Assembly: GCA_963719505.1 (NCBI GenBank)
Contig: CAVRCF010000003.1
Coordinates: 160,001 to 224,000 of the forward strand
Direction of reading: 5' to 3'
Source: Halobacteriovoraceae bacterium
GTDB lineage: Bacteria > Bdellovibrionota > Bacteriovoracia > Bacteriovoracales > Bacteriovoracaceae
Length of the DNA stretch: 64,000 bases
A program made the translations under genes and the position numbers. Under the pieces are notes generated by a model. The model was given only the letters and a program-made list of their open reading frames with translations, was not told the origin of the DNA and made no database searches. Positions 20,101 to 30,261 of this stretch are shown piece by piece; position 1 is the stretch's first letter, and the number at the start of each line of letters is the position of its first letter.

Positions 20101-22561
20101 ATGATGCAAATACTTATTGTGGGACTTATTGTTATGGGCTTTTTTTCAATTACTGGAGACGACTTGAAGACCAATTCAGCTGTACAGAAAGATTCAAAGA
20201 TCGAAGCAAAAATTGAAGAAATTGTCGGTGAGATGACTCTCGAGGAAAAGGTTGCCCAAATAATTCAGGCAGAAATTAAGTTCATCTCCCCAAAAGATAT
20301 TGAGAGCTATCCGCTGGGTTCAATCTTAAATGGTGGAGGCTCTTTTCCAAATAATGACAAGCAAGCAAAAGCGAGTGACTGGGTTTCATTAGCTGAATCA
20401 TTTCATAGTGAGTCTTTAAAGCACGGCATGAAGATTCCGATCATTTGGGGAACAGATGCCGTGCACGGACATAATAATGTCCACGGCGCTACTTTATTTC
20501 CTCACAATATTGGTCTTGGTGCAGCTCAAAACCCAAAACTGATTGAACAGATTGGGCGTGCGACAGCGAAGGAAGTTCTCGCAACGGGAATTGATTGGAT
20601 TTTTGCACCAACTGTAGCTGTGGTGAGAAACGATAGATGGGGGCGAACTTATGAAAGTTACTCAGAGGATCCTAAGATTGTTAAGTCTTATGCCGCTAGC
20701 ATGGTATACGGTCTTCAGGGTAGAGGAGATGAAATTCTTAGTCGAGATCATGTCATTGCCACGGCCAAACATTTTATTGGCGATGGTGGAACTCAAGACG
20801 GAGTGGATCAGGGTGACACAATTGTCAGTGAGCAAGAGCTACTAAGTCTTCATGCTCAAGGTTATATAAGTGCTATCAATGCTGGAGTTCAAACGGTAAT
20901 GGCCAGCTTTAATAGTTGGAACGGTTTAAAGATGCATGGGCATAAATATCTTTTAACGGATGTCTTAAAAGGTAAAATGAAATTTGATGGCTTCGTTATC
21001 GGTGACTGGAATGGACATGGGCAAGTAAAAGGGTGTCGAAATGATTCTTGTGCTGAGGCCATTAACGCTGGAGTTGATATGCTTATGGCACCAGAAGATT
21101 GGAAGGCTCTCTATCACAATACACTTGCTCAAGTTAAAAATGGAGAAATCCCTCAGACGCGTTTAAATGATGCAGTTACTCGCATTCTTAGAGTCAAAAT
21201 GCGTTATGGTGCTTTTGAGCTTGAGGCACCTTCAAAAAGAAGGCATGCAGGAAAATCTAAAATTATTGGATCAGTTGAGCATAAAGCCCTAGCAAGACAA
21301 GCCGTTAGAGAGTCTTTAGTTCTTTTAAAAAATAAAAATAATATCCTTCCTCTTTCAGCGAATACCAATGTTTTAGTCGCTGGCAGTGGAGCTCATAATA
21401 TAGGTAAACAAAGTGGCGGCTGGAGTCTTAGTTGGCAAGGAACGGGAAATACAAACGATGATTTTCCTGAGGCCACTTCAGTTTATGATGGATTTAAAAA
21501 GACTCTTCTAAAAGGCGGAGGCAAAGCGGCTTTAAGTGTTAATGGAGAGTTTGAAGATAAGCCTGATGTTGCTGTGGTCGTTTTTGGTGAAGAGCCATAT
21601 GCCGAAGGACAAGGGGATATTGAGAATCTTTACTATGGAAGCCGATACCAAGGAGATCTCAAACTTCTTAAAAAGCTAAGGTCACAAAACATTCCGATTA
21701 TAAGCATTTTTTTAACGGGGAGACCACTTTGGATTAACCCTGAATTAAATGCCAGTGATGCTTTCGTTGTAGCCTGGCTTCCGGGAACGGAAGCAAATGG
21801 GATTGCGGATGTCCTGATTAAAGATGCGAATGGAAATATAGATTTTGATTTTAAAGGTAAGCTCTCTTTCTCGTGGCCAAGTCACGCCAATCAAGTCTCA
21901 ATAAATATTGGAGATAAAGATTATCAGCCGCTATTTCCCTATGGCTTTGGCTTAACCTATGCCGACAAAGATAAGTTAGGAGATAACCTTTCTGAAAACC
22001 CTTTTCCCAACAATGATGGCCCAGGTGACTTAAAAAACTCTTGAAATATTCGATAAACGTCCCAGTAATCCTTTTAAAAATTTTCTAGCAGATTCAATCA
22101 ATCAAAAAAAAGAACTACCAGCGGGTATTGGCACTAGTGCAGATCAGTCGGTTAGGGTTATTGCCATTGATAAAGAACTTCAAGAAGATGCTCGCCAAAT
22201 TTCTTTTCTGGGTTCAAAAGAGAAGTCCTACTTCTTTGAATCCTCTTACACTTTGGACCTTTCTAAATACCTTAAAACAAATGGATCACTCTCTTTTGAT
22301 ATAAGACAAGATGTCAAAGCATCCAAAGAAATTTATTTAAAAATTGAACAGACAAAGATTAAATTTAGCGAAAAGTATAATCAACTCGGAAACGGAAAAT
22401 GGACGACAATTGAAATTCCCTTAGATTGTTTTGTGTCCGAAGGTTTAGACTTAGCTTCAGTGACTAGGGCTTTTGAGGTCAGTAGCAAGGGCTCGGTAAC
22501 TTTCTCCCTTGCTAATTTAAAGCTTAATCAGAAAGCAATCAGCGGCAGTTGTCTTCGGTAA
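20101..22561 (+). CDS. GH3 exo-1,3/1,4-beta-glucanase (ExoP-like), frameshifted at about 22035
   Basis: GTDAVHGH, RWGRTYES, AKHFIGDGG, GDWNG; removing one A from A6 at 22032-22037 fuses ORFs 20101-22044 and 22253-22561 through DKELQEDAR. Confidence 0.85.
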
Positions 22562-22761
22562 AGCTTTAGCAGCTTAATGACTTTAAAATTTACGCCTCAA
22601 AGCTAGATTGCCAATAAATTAGGTAGGAAATAATTGAAAAAATGTAAATTCTTACCTTTTTACACTAATCTAGAGCTAATTATTTTAGCTACTTAGCTCT
22701 TTAGATATCGTAAGTATCAATTTGTCTTAGACAATTAGCTGTTGTCTGCTATCATTATATT

Positions 22762-22944
22762 ATGAAAAATTATAAATTTAGTCTTCCTGAAAAAATCAGC
22801 TTCGAGGACTTGGCCCAAGAGATTGTGCCAAACTACGATGAATTATCAACCGAAACTCAAGAGAACACTTTGAGTGCATTTGCAGCTTATGGCTGCTTTG
22901 GTTCTCCTTACTTTGACATATCATTTTGTGGGGAGTCTTCTTGA
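22762..22944 (+). CDS. Putative RiPP precursor peptide
   Basis: 60 aa: acidic leader with FxxPxxI, core AYGCFGSPYFDISFCGESS; stop overlaps the RRE start (TTGA); extended -10 TGcTATCAT upstream. Confidence 0.7.
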   Translation: MKNYKFSLPEKISFEDLAQEIVPNYDELSTETQENTLSAFAAYGCFGSPYFDISFCGESS

Positions 22945-23210
22945 GACTCAAGTCAAATATTATTATTAAAAGATATAATGACGAAAGCTGCTACTTGATT
23001 GATTTAGAAAGTGAAGAAGAAAATTTTTATAAATGTGAGGATGTAACATCGCTGCTGGTAAATTATATCAATGATAAGGATACATTTGATAAAGAAGACC
23101 TCATTAATATTTTAAAGTCTGTTTATCGTGACGTAAAGAGTGACCAAATTGAAAATGATGTGACAGAGTTTATCAATTACATGAAAGAGCAGAATTTTGT
23201 TGCTGAATAA
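22941..23210 (+). CDS. PqqD family / RiPP recognition element protein
   Basis: Three strands then helices ending DQIENDVTEFINYMKEQNFV; TTG start after GGGAG. Confidence 0.85.
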   Translation: MRLKSNIIIKRYNDESCYLIDLESEEENFYKCEDVTSLLVNYINDKDTFDKEDLINILKSVYRDVKSDQIENDVTEFINYMKEQNFVAE

Positions 23211-24321
23211 ATGCACGAAAGCTTTGATTGCGATTAGTATCTCCAAAGTTTGCTGACTTAATCGCATTTAGTGAAATCTCATCAAGTTTACTCGTTTCCA
23301 TCTGTTTTAATTCCTCAAAAATTAAAATCCAATCTTCAGATTCCATATCAACTAAAAATCCATTGATGCCATGAGTGATTTGTTCCTCATGACCCGAGTT
23401 ATTCTTATGACATATACATATCGCTCCAAGGCTTAAAGCTTCTTGAAGCGCCAATCCAAAAGGTTCATAGATTGAAGGAAAAAGTATAAATCTTGAAGAT
23501 AAGATGTCTCTTTCAAGCTGGCTTTGACTATTGGTCCAGTTTAGATTTGTTATATTTTTTTGAGCGAGAAAAGCTTCACCTTCTGATGTTAGGAGGTTGA
23601 TATCTAAGCCACGAATAGTGAGGCCCGTTTTAGACCAGTCATTATTGAGGATAAAGTGAAACCCTTTTTGTGGGTGAACGCGAGCAAAAGTATAAATATC
23701 ATACTTAAACTTTCTTTGTGAGTATTCACTAAGATCTTTCTTCTCAGCTGCACCTGGAAGAGGGATGTGAAATATAGTTTTATTTTCTATTTGATCTTTA
23801 TAGTACTTTTTTAAATGTTCGGATGTGATTTTTGAATTCGTTACATAGGCGCCACTTACCTTTATCCAGCTATTTTCAAACCTTAGAAAGGAAAAACTCA
23901 TAAGATCAATCATGCTGGTAATGGCATTTTTAAAGAAAACGCCATCAAATTTTTGAAGCTTAGATGTCTTAAGTATTGAATCATGAAGGGGCTTACCCAG
24001 AATATGAGTGTCATAAACAGTGGGAATTTTGATGAAGTCGATATAAGCCAAGGTCATATAATCGGCAATTTTGAAACTAAATTTTCTGTGGCCCAGTTGT
24101 GTCTTTAGGGTTGCCTGATACTTTGCAATGACTTCCTCTGTAAATGTATTATTGAATTCATCCATCTGTACATGCATTAAATTTTTATTAGTTTTGATTT
24201 TATCAGGTGAAAAAATAACAAAGAAAACATCATCAAACTCCTCGGAGTACCTCATTGTCCACTGTGCAATTCTTCTCATTCCTCCATTGTTAATAACACA
24301 GCTAAAGAGAGCTTGAGTCAT
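23173..24321 (-). CDS. Glycosyltransferase family 4
   Basis: ARVHPQKG; FPSIYEPFGLALQEA; NGFLVD. Confidence 0.88.
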   Translation of the reverse strand: MTQALFSCVINNGGMRRIAQWTMRYSEEFDDVFFVIFSPDKIKTNKNLMHVQMDEFNNTFTEEVIAKYQATLKTQLGHRKFSFKIADYMTLAYIDFIKIPTVYDTHILGKPLHDSILKTSKLQKFDGVFFKNAITSMIDLMSFSFLRFENSWIKVSGAYVTNSKITSEHLKKYYKDQIENKTIFHIPLPGAAEKKDLSEYSQRKFKYDIYTFARVHPQKGFHFILNNDWSKTGLTIRGLDINLLTSEGEAFLAQKNITNLNWTNSQSQLERDILSSRFILFPSIYEPFGLALQEALSLGAICICHKNNSGHEEQITHGINGFLVDMESEDWILIFEELKQMETSKLDEISLNAIKSANFGDTNRNQSFRAFIQQQNSALSCN

Positions 24322-25718
24322 AGGTACCTCTGCATATAGTTGAATATGGTTTTGAAATTTTTAATAGCTTCATCTACATCAAAACCTTTAGAAGTAGGGT
24401 AGAGAATGACCTCTAATTTATTTAAGAGATCGACTTTGTTTGCCTTGATGTCATCCTGTGAGGTTGAAAAAGTGTAGACTGTTCCATCTATTTCTGGAAG
24501 ATAGAAATGATCAACAAAAAAATAGTCAGCATAGTGTTCTTGGACATCTTTTGATATTAAAGACATTTTCTTCTTTAATGGAAGAAGCTCACTTTCTTTA
24601 TATGAATCAAAATGAGAGATGGGCCTAAAGGATTCTGAGTCAATGCCTCTAATCATATCTTCAATGAAAGAATTCATTTTGAAATCCTCATTCCATATTG
24701 AGTTATAGACATGTTGAGTCATAAGACATATCAACCTTAGATCGTGTGCCCAACTTGAGAAAAAATTGATATCTCTGTCGGTCTCTAGATCCATAAGCTT
24801 AAAGAGTTGGCCTCTGATATTATCTAGAGGAAGTCCCTTGATAAAAAGTTTAATATATTGAGGTGCACATTCAGGCTTTTTTGTGAAATCAATGGATTCA
24901 GTGTCTATAAAACGGCCATCAATCAATAAGTTATCGTAGCTTATTGACTTGTGAACGATTCCTTTTTTGAAAGCATTAATATAATGATGAAATAAAGTTT
25001 TTAGTATTTCTGATGGGGGAGAGTTAAATTTATTTTTAATGAAGTTTTGCGCTTTGATCTTATCTTCTTCACTGAGAAGGCAAGGGTGTAATTGGGCTAA
25101 GCGATATGTTTTGGCATCTCTTACTTGAAGAGTATTATGCATTTGATTAAAAGTTTTTTCTTTGTATAAGAATGATCCTAAAATCTCCAGTGAACCAAGA
25201 TTTGATCTCTGATTTACAACGATAGAGGAGATAATCGAGTTTAAGCAGTCTCTGGCCAAATAACCGCCCCAGCGGTGGTGGAAGTCTGGAGTTATCGCCA
25301 AAGAGTTTTTTCCGCAACCCTTCAATTGGGTATCATATAGTAAAACATGGCGAGAAGAGCCTATGGATTGATAATCAGGAGCAAAAAATCTTTCAGTGTT
25401 CAATGTCAAGTCGGCTTCTTTGTAAAAATTCTCGCTAGATTCTTTACTTTCAAAGCCACCTGAGTTGAAGGCCTTTGTAGCAAGACCAAATTGTGTCAAA
25501 TCTGTTTTTGTTTTATCAAAGATCATATGTTCACAGGCTTCTTGAACATCTTTAACATGCCATGATTTAAGTTGATGCGGGTAACTAGCTTTTAGCTGCT
25601 TAATATACTCAGCATTCATTTCCAATCTTTCTAAGCAGTCAGGGTTGATAACCCATGGCATAACTTCTTTTTCTTTCAAATAAACAGATGTATACTTTCT
25701 AAGATCTAAGTCTTTCAT
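24318..25718 (-). CDS. SelO/YdiU-like (MchC-like) kinase-fold ATP-dependent enzyme
   Basis: GSSR…QLKGCGKN, GIVHKSISYDNLLIDGRFIDTES parallel SelO QLKGAG and GFVHGVMNTDN…IDYGP. Confidence 0.7.
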   Translation of the reverse strand: MKDLDLRKYTSVYLKEKEVMPWVINPDCLERLEMNAEYIKQLKASYPHQLKSWHVKDVQEACEHMIFDKTKTDLTQFGLATKAFNSGGFESKESSENFYKEADLTLNTERFFAPDYQSIGSSRHVLLYDTQLKGCGKNSLAITPDFHHRWGGYLARDCLNSIISSIVVNQRSNLGSLEILGSFLYKEKTFNQMHNTLQVRDAKTYRLAQLHPCLLSEEDKIKAQNFIKNKFNSPPSEILKTLFHHYINAFKKGIVHKSISYDNLLIDGRFIDTESIDFTKKPECAPQYIKLFIKGLPLDNIRGQLFKLMDLETDRDINFFSSWAHDLRLICLMTQHVYNSIWNEDFKMNSFIEDMIRGIDSESFRPISHFDSYKESELLPLKKKMSLISKDVQEHYADYFFVDHFYLPEIDGTVYTFSTSQDDIKANKVDLLNKLEVILYPTSKGFDVDEAIKNFKTIFNYMQRYL

Positions 25719-25746
25719 CTAAAAAGCTTACAGGTAGATCTGGGAT

Positions 25747-26871
25747 ATGAAAATGACAAAGTATTTGTGGATTCAGCTTGAAGGAAAGGACCATTGGAAA
25801 AGTTCGAGAGTCCTTGTTGAATCATGGAAACGTGCCTACCAGAGTCGAGCCGACATCGATTTTCAGGAAGTCTCTACAATTAATAACAAAGAGGAAATCT
25901 TAGCTTGGTTTAAAAATATTAACTTCAATCCAGACGTAATTGTGGTGGCCGATCCAAGAGTCAATATTGTGCTTCTCAAGTCAATCTTTAAAGAAAAATT
26001 CTTTTTTATCCATATTCTTGGAGACCCTATTAGGAAACTTTTAGATATCCATCAACAGGCACTTTTTGTAGATAAAACAAACCTCATTGTTGGAAGCTTA
26101 GCTAATTATAAAATATTATCAAAAATCGTTTCTCAAAATATAATTAAATATTTCCCTTTTAATCCTCCAGTTGAGACCCAAGCCCATTTTTCGAAGAAAA
26201 GAAAAAAATTTCTTTATATGGGGCGCATCGCTTATTTTAAGAATGTCCATCATCTCATAAACCTTTTTGATGAATTTTGTAAGTTAAACTCTGAGCAGAT
26301 TGAACTCACTATCGCTGGTTGTCCAAGTAACGTTAATCTTCCAGCCGAGCCAATGGGACATTATATAGGATATCCCGCTGAAATTTTTTTAAATGCACTC
26401 GAAAAAGAAAAAAACTCCAATCTTACTGTAAACTATCTTGGAGGTTTGGATGAAGACTCTCTAAAGAAAGAGGTGGAAAAGGCTGACGTCCTGGTGAGTT
26501 TGTCCACAGCTCCAGAAGAAGATTTTGGATTAAGTGTTCTCGAGGCTCTCGGCTTCGGTAAACCTTGTATTTTGACTCGCTGGGGAGGGTATCGTGAATT
26601 TGAAGGTCTCGAGGGAGTTAGCTTCGTCCCCGTCGACAAAGTTGATAATGGTCTTGTTCTCGATAAGAGGCGCTTCTTTGAGCTTATAAAAAAAGGATGC
26701 CTATTGAGTAAATTGACACTTATCGAATGGCAAAATAAAAGGGATGAAGTCCTGATGTCGACTAGCCTTAAACCAAGAGACGAAGAACTTAAGAAGAACG
26801 ATGAATTTAAAGTGAAATTTGGAGATTTTTATAATGCCTACGAGCGATATGTATCCCCTTACTGGGATTAG
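25747..26871 (+). CDS. Glycosyltransferase family 4
   Basis: YMGRIAYFKN; EEDFGLSVLEALGFGKPCILTRWGGYRE. Confidence 0.85.
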   Translation: MKMTKYLWIQLEGKDHWKSSRVLVESWKRAYQSRADIDFQEVSTINNKEEILAWFKNINFNPDVIVVADPRVNIVLLKSIFKEKFFFIHILGDPIRKLLDIHQQALFVDKTNLIVGSLANYKILSKIVSQNIIKYFPFNPPVETQAHFSKKRKKFLYMGRIAYFKNVHHLINLFDEFCKLNSEQIELTIAGCPSNVNLPAEPMGHYIGYPAEIFLNALEKEKNSNLTVNYLGGLDEDSLKKEVEKADVLVSLSTAPEEDFGLSVLEALGFGKPCILTRWGGYREFEGLEGVSFVPVDKVDNGLVLDKRRFFELIKKGCLLSKLTLIEWQNKRDEVLMSTSLKPRDEELKKNDEFKVKFGDFYNAYERYVSPYWD

Positions 26872-27481
26872 AGAAGACGAAAATTGGATCGTGACTCATA
26901 AGAAAAGATTGGATTTATCCTTTTCTACAAAAGAGAAACCTGTTTTCTTGAGTGCGAGTCTTCCTGTCATTATTCAATCAGATCAATTGCCACTTGCCTG
27001 GTTAAAAAGTGATCCAGGATTTAAAATCTTGCTCAGAGATAAAGCTGCTAACATTGAGAGAGATTGGATCTACCATCCAATGACCTCTCATAATAAAAGA
27101 AAATACCAACTACGACAAAAGCCAATTAAAGAGGTGATGCGAGTGTTAGTTGTTCTCGATTCAAACTCCTCACAATCTCAGCTCGCCGCATTTATTGAAG
27201 AGTCAAAAAAAAGATGGGACAAAGCTGATGTTTTATTTATTGGGTTTAGGCATTTATTACCGAAACTCAATACAGTATTAGTTGACCCTTACTTGTTTTG
27301 TTTTCAGTCCTCTTGGAGTCCAGATTTGATCATCTTTGATAATGGAGAAATCGACTTCTCTCCTTTCGTCCTGCACGGTCTTCATCTTGGGGGCAAGCTC
27401 GCTGATACTGCTCTGAGGGATGGTCAAAAGCCTAGTGAAGTTATAACAAGGTGGTATGGAGACTGGGAGCTTTATGATTAA
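26819..27481 (+). CDS. Hypothetical protein (RiPP-cluster associated)
   Basis: Overlaps both neighbours; no motif recognised. Confidence 0.6.
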   Translation: MEIFIMPTSDMYPLTGIREDENWIVTHKKRLDLSFSTKEKPVFLSASLPVIIQSDQLPLAWLKSDPGFKILLRDKAANIERDWIYHPMTSHNKRKYQLRQKPIKEVMRVLVVLDSNSSQSQLAAFIEESKKRWDKADVLFIGFRHLLPKLNTVLVDPYLFCFQSSWSPDLIIFDNGEIDFSPFVLHGLHLGGKLADTALRDGQKPSEVITRWYGDWELYD

Positions 27482-28073
27482 TGATATTATTATCGTCGAC
27501 GATTTTTTACCTAGTGAACTCCTTAAAACTTTTATGGATAAGAATAGGGAGTACAGCGCTATAGATAAGGTTTATTACGCAGGAGAGACTAACTTTCCAA
27601 CGTCTGGCGAGGTAAAAAAGCTTGGTCAATTTCTAAAAGAAAAAAAGATATTTGAATTTAAAGACTTTGAAATGAGGTTACGCAGAACATCTCCTCAGAA
27701 TAGTAACGATTTTAAAAGCTTTATTCACGTTGATACTTTCTGTGAATTTTCAGGAATTATTTATTTAAACTCTTCTCAAGATCGTAAAGATCCAACGGGA
27801 ACATATTTTTGGCAACATAAAGTTACAGGAAGAAAAATGTCACGTTTAGATAGCTTAAAAAATCAATTTATTGATAATGCTATTGTCGAGTCGAAGTCAA
27901 AAGATTTCTCGAGCTGGGATTGTTGGAAAAAAATTGAGTTCGTGAGTAATAGGGCCATCTTTTTTCCAGCAAACTTTTTTCATTCACCAGTTCCACCGGA
28001 TATTTTCTCAGGAGATAGACTTACTATAGATTTGTTTTTTAACAAGTTGAGTGACTTTAAGTTTCGAGAGTAA
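27474..28073 (+). CDS. 2OG-Fe(II) oxygenase (DUF6445-like)
   Basis: IIIVDDFL, HVD…GIIYLN…GTYFW.HK.TG, NRAIFF…FHS, RLT. Confidence 0.8.
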   Translation: MINDIIIVDDFLPSELLKTFMDKNREYSAIDKVYYAGETNFPTSGEVKKLGQFLKEKKIFEFKDFEMRLRRTSPQNSNDFKSFIHVDTFCEFSGIIYLNSSQDRKDPTGTYFWQHKVTGRKMSRLDSLKNQFIDNAIVESKSKDFSSWDCWKKIEFVSNRAIFFPANFFHSPVPPDIFSGDRLTIDLFFNKLSDFKFRE

Positions 28074-28136
28074 GGATAATCTAACGAGGTGCCGGTCTTG
28101 CATCTTAACTTGTTAACTGTATGCCTTAGGACTCTT

Positions 28137-29018
28137 TCATGAGCTTTCTTCTTTGTGATAAACTTCTTTGTTGGTACAAACCTTTATCTCATCAGCTCCA
28201 AAACACTCATTTAATGTTTCCATAAAGTTGTCGAGCTTATCAAATTGAATTTTTGCAGTTTCTTGGTGGGAATTTACAACTAATGTAAGGTCTTTTTGTT
28301 GCGAGTATCGCTCCTTGATTTCATCAATTAGACTGGATATAGTACTTTTCTTCCAGTAATCAATTGCACCCAAATTGTTTGGAATTTCCATGATTTTTCC
28401 AGAGTTAGTTTCCAGTAGGAAAGGAGAAGTTGTGCATTCAACACCATCCCATAGAAGATTTAGGTAACGCTGCAGGTTGTCACCTTCCCAGCCACTTCCG
28501 TCGAGGAGACTTGGATTCGTAGCAGAACTTTCAACCTTTAGTCCACAATCAATAAGCGACTCACAGACTCGTTCATCAGCCATCCAGCCACCGGCGCGAA
28601 AAGATGTTATTCCTTTGAAGCCGCGAGACTTTAGTTTTTTTAATGAGTAGTCGATAAGCTCTCTTATTTCGGATTTGTCATAAGACAATAGCATGACCTC
28701 TTGACCTTTCATTTCTCCTTGATTGTAGTCACCGTCAATACTAAAACATGGACCTTGACGGGGTGTTACTCCTGCAGCATGCACAAGGTGATGAGGTGTA
28801 TGCAGGTGAAGTCCTATCTCATCATCTTGAGCTAAAACCGAGTCTATCTTCTCATCGACTTCTTCAGATGAAAAGCTAGACTTCGTATAGTAGGCGGGGT
28901 TCATAAAGTGTACCACAGGGACTTGCCAGCGCTTTTTAAATTGCCGTATTCGTCCAAGGTTTTCCTCTCTGAGTGATGTTCCTTCCCAATCGACACTGAG
29001 TATTAGGCTAATGCTCAT
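28137..29018 (-). CDS. Polysaccharide deacetylase-like (NodB fold) protein
   Basis: LSVDWEG, EIGLHLH, SFRAGGW, MEIP motifs. Confidence 0.75.
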   Translation of the reverse strand: MSISLILSVDWEGTSLREENLGRIRQFKKRWQVPVVHFMNPAYYTKSSFSSEEVDEKIDSVLAQDDEIGLHLHTPHHLVHAAGVTPRQGPCFSIDGDYNQGEMKGQEVMLLSYDKSEIRELIDYSLKKLKSRGFKGITSFRAGGWMADERVCESLIDCGLKVESSATNPSLLDGSGWEGDNLQRYLNLLWDGVECTTSPFLLETNSGKIMEIPNNLGAIDYWKKSTISSLIDEIKERYSQQKDLTLVVNSHQETAKIQFDKLDNFMETLNECFGADEIKVCTNKEVYHKEESS

Positions 29019-29470
29019 TGATATCTCTCCACACTTTAGAGCTATTTACCTATCATGGGGGATATATGAACTTATTTAAAGCAGGAGGATTAAGACAGAA
29101 AAATTTGCGTTATTTCTTTAAGGGACTTAAATCACTGATGTTTAAAAAAGAGTTTAATCAACTCTCAGATGATACAAGGTTAAATATTCGAAAATCTTTC
29201 CTGGCCGTCTTTTCTTGGGTCATAATGATCGTTCTTTCAGTCATTATTGTGAGCTATTTTTCAACAGGTGAAGATTCCACTCATTCAGTTTTCTTTAATG
29301 TTGTGTCTGCCTTAACCAATTGCGGTTTAAGTCTTGGTACTCTAGATCAAACATTACCACTTGTTTCAAAGTTTATTTTTATCTTCTTAATGTCCGTAGG
29401 AAGGATTAATATTTCAGTGATGATTATGGTCTTTTTTCTCTTCGTCTCTAAAGTCAGTAAGATTAAATAG
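29018..29470 (+). pseudogene. TrkH/KtrB C-terminal fragment
   Basis: FNVVSALTNCGLSLG…KFIFIFLMSVGR matches only the last pore repeat. Confidence 0.6.
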
Positions 29471-29529
29471 TCGAGTTCTTATTTGGAACTGAAATCCATC
29501 TTTCATAGGTGAAGAAGTATTTTTCTGTC

Positions 29530-29892
29530 TTAAGGCAATATAAGAAAACCGTAAATAACAAATATTATGACACCAATCAAATGCGTTAAAGATGTCTTTT
29601 TACTCCCGTTTTTATAGACAACAATAAAGTCGATTAAAGCCACAGCTGAGATCATGAAACTTGTGTAGGCGATCATTTTCCAAGCTTCATTGAAATAGAG
29701 CATTAACATAACAAAGCCTATGAAGATATCCCTTACACCTAGACTCGATACATAAGCGGAGGCGATGCCGCTTACTGGAATCCCAAAGCCCTCAGACATT
29801 TTTGTAGGAAGTATTAGTGCAACTGTGCCGAGTAATACTGCAAGTACCCCGGTTATTAGGGCTACGTATTGTAATAAGTTCAGAATATTCAT
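29530..29892 (-). CDS. DUF4267-like membrane protein
   Basis: GFGIP, GVRDIFIG, D and H in TM segments. Confidence 0.7.
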   Translation of the reverse strand: MNILNLLQYVALITGVLAVLLGTVALILPTKMSEGFGIPVSGIASAYVSSLGVRDIFIGFVMLMLYFNEAWKMIAYTSFMISAVALIDFIVVYKNGSKKTSLTHLIGVIIFVIYGFLILP

Positions 29893-30261
29893 CTAGGGCC
29901 TTCTTTATATAATTATTTTTATTTATAAACTGTAACACGACTTAATCATACAGAACTTTCTTTTGAGCCTCAAAAATAAAAATCTTAAATCGTGTATGTG
30001 ATGCTATATTTTGAATTAAATATTATCCAGTAGCAAAAACATTAACTCTATTGATCGTAATTACGGTCGTTTAAATGGTGAAAAGTGGGGAAAGCAGCTA
30101 TTTTCGCCCCTTATGAAATCTAAAACACACTTCCTTAAATTTCTTTATAGGTTGTACATGTTTTTGCTGTCCAAAATGGCATATTTTTTAAAAAAGTATT
30201 AAATGTAAGCTTTTTTTTCTCCGAAAAGTAACTAAACCTCAATTTATATTTGGAGTAAAAC

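Noticed and set aside
22762-22944. Lasso peptide or glycocin interpretation (G1…D9, two Cys)
   Set aside because: No lasso cyclase or B2 protease, no Thr at -2; glycocins use GT2 plus a peptidase-ABC transporter, absent here
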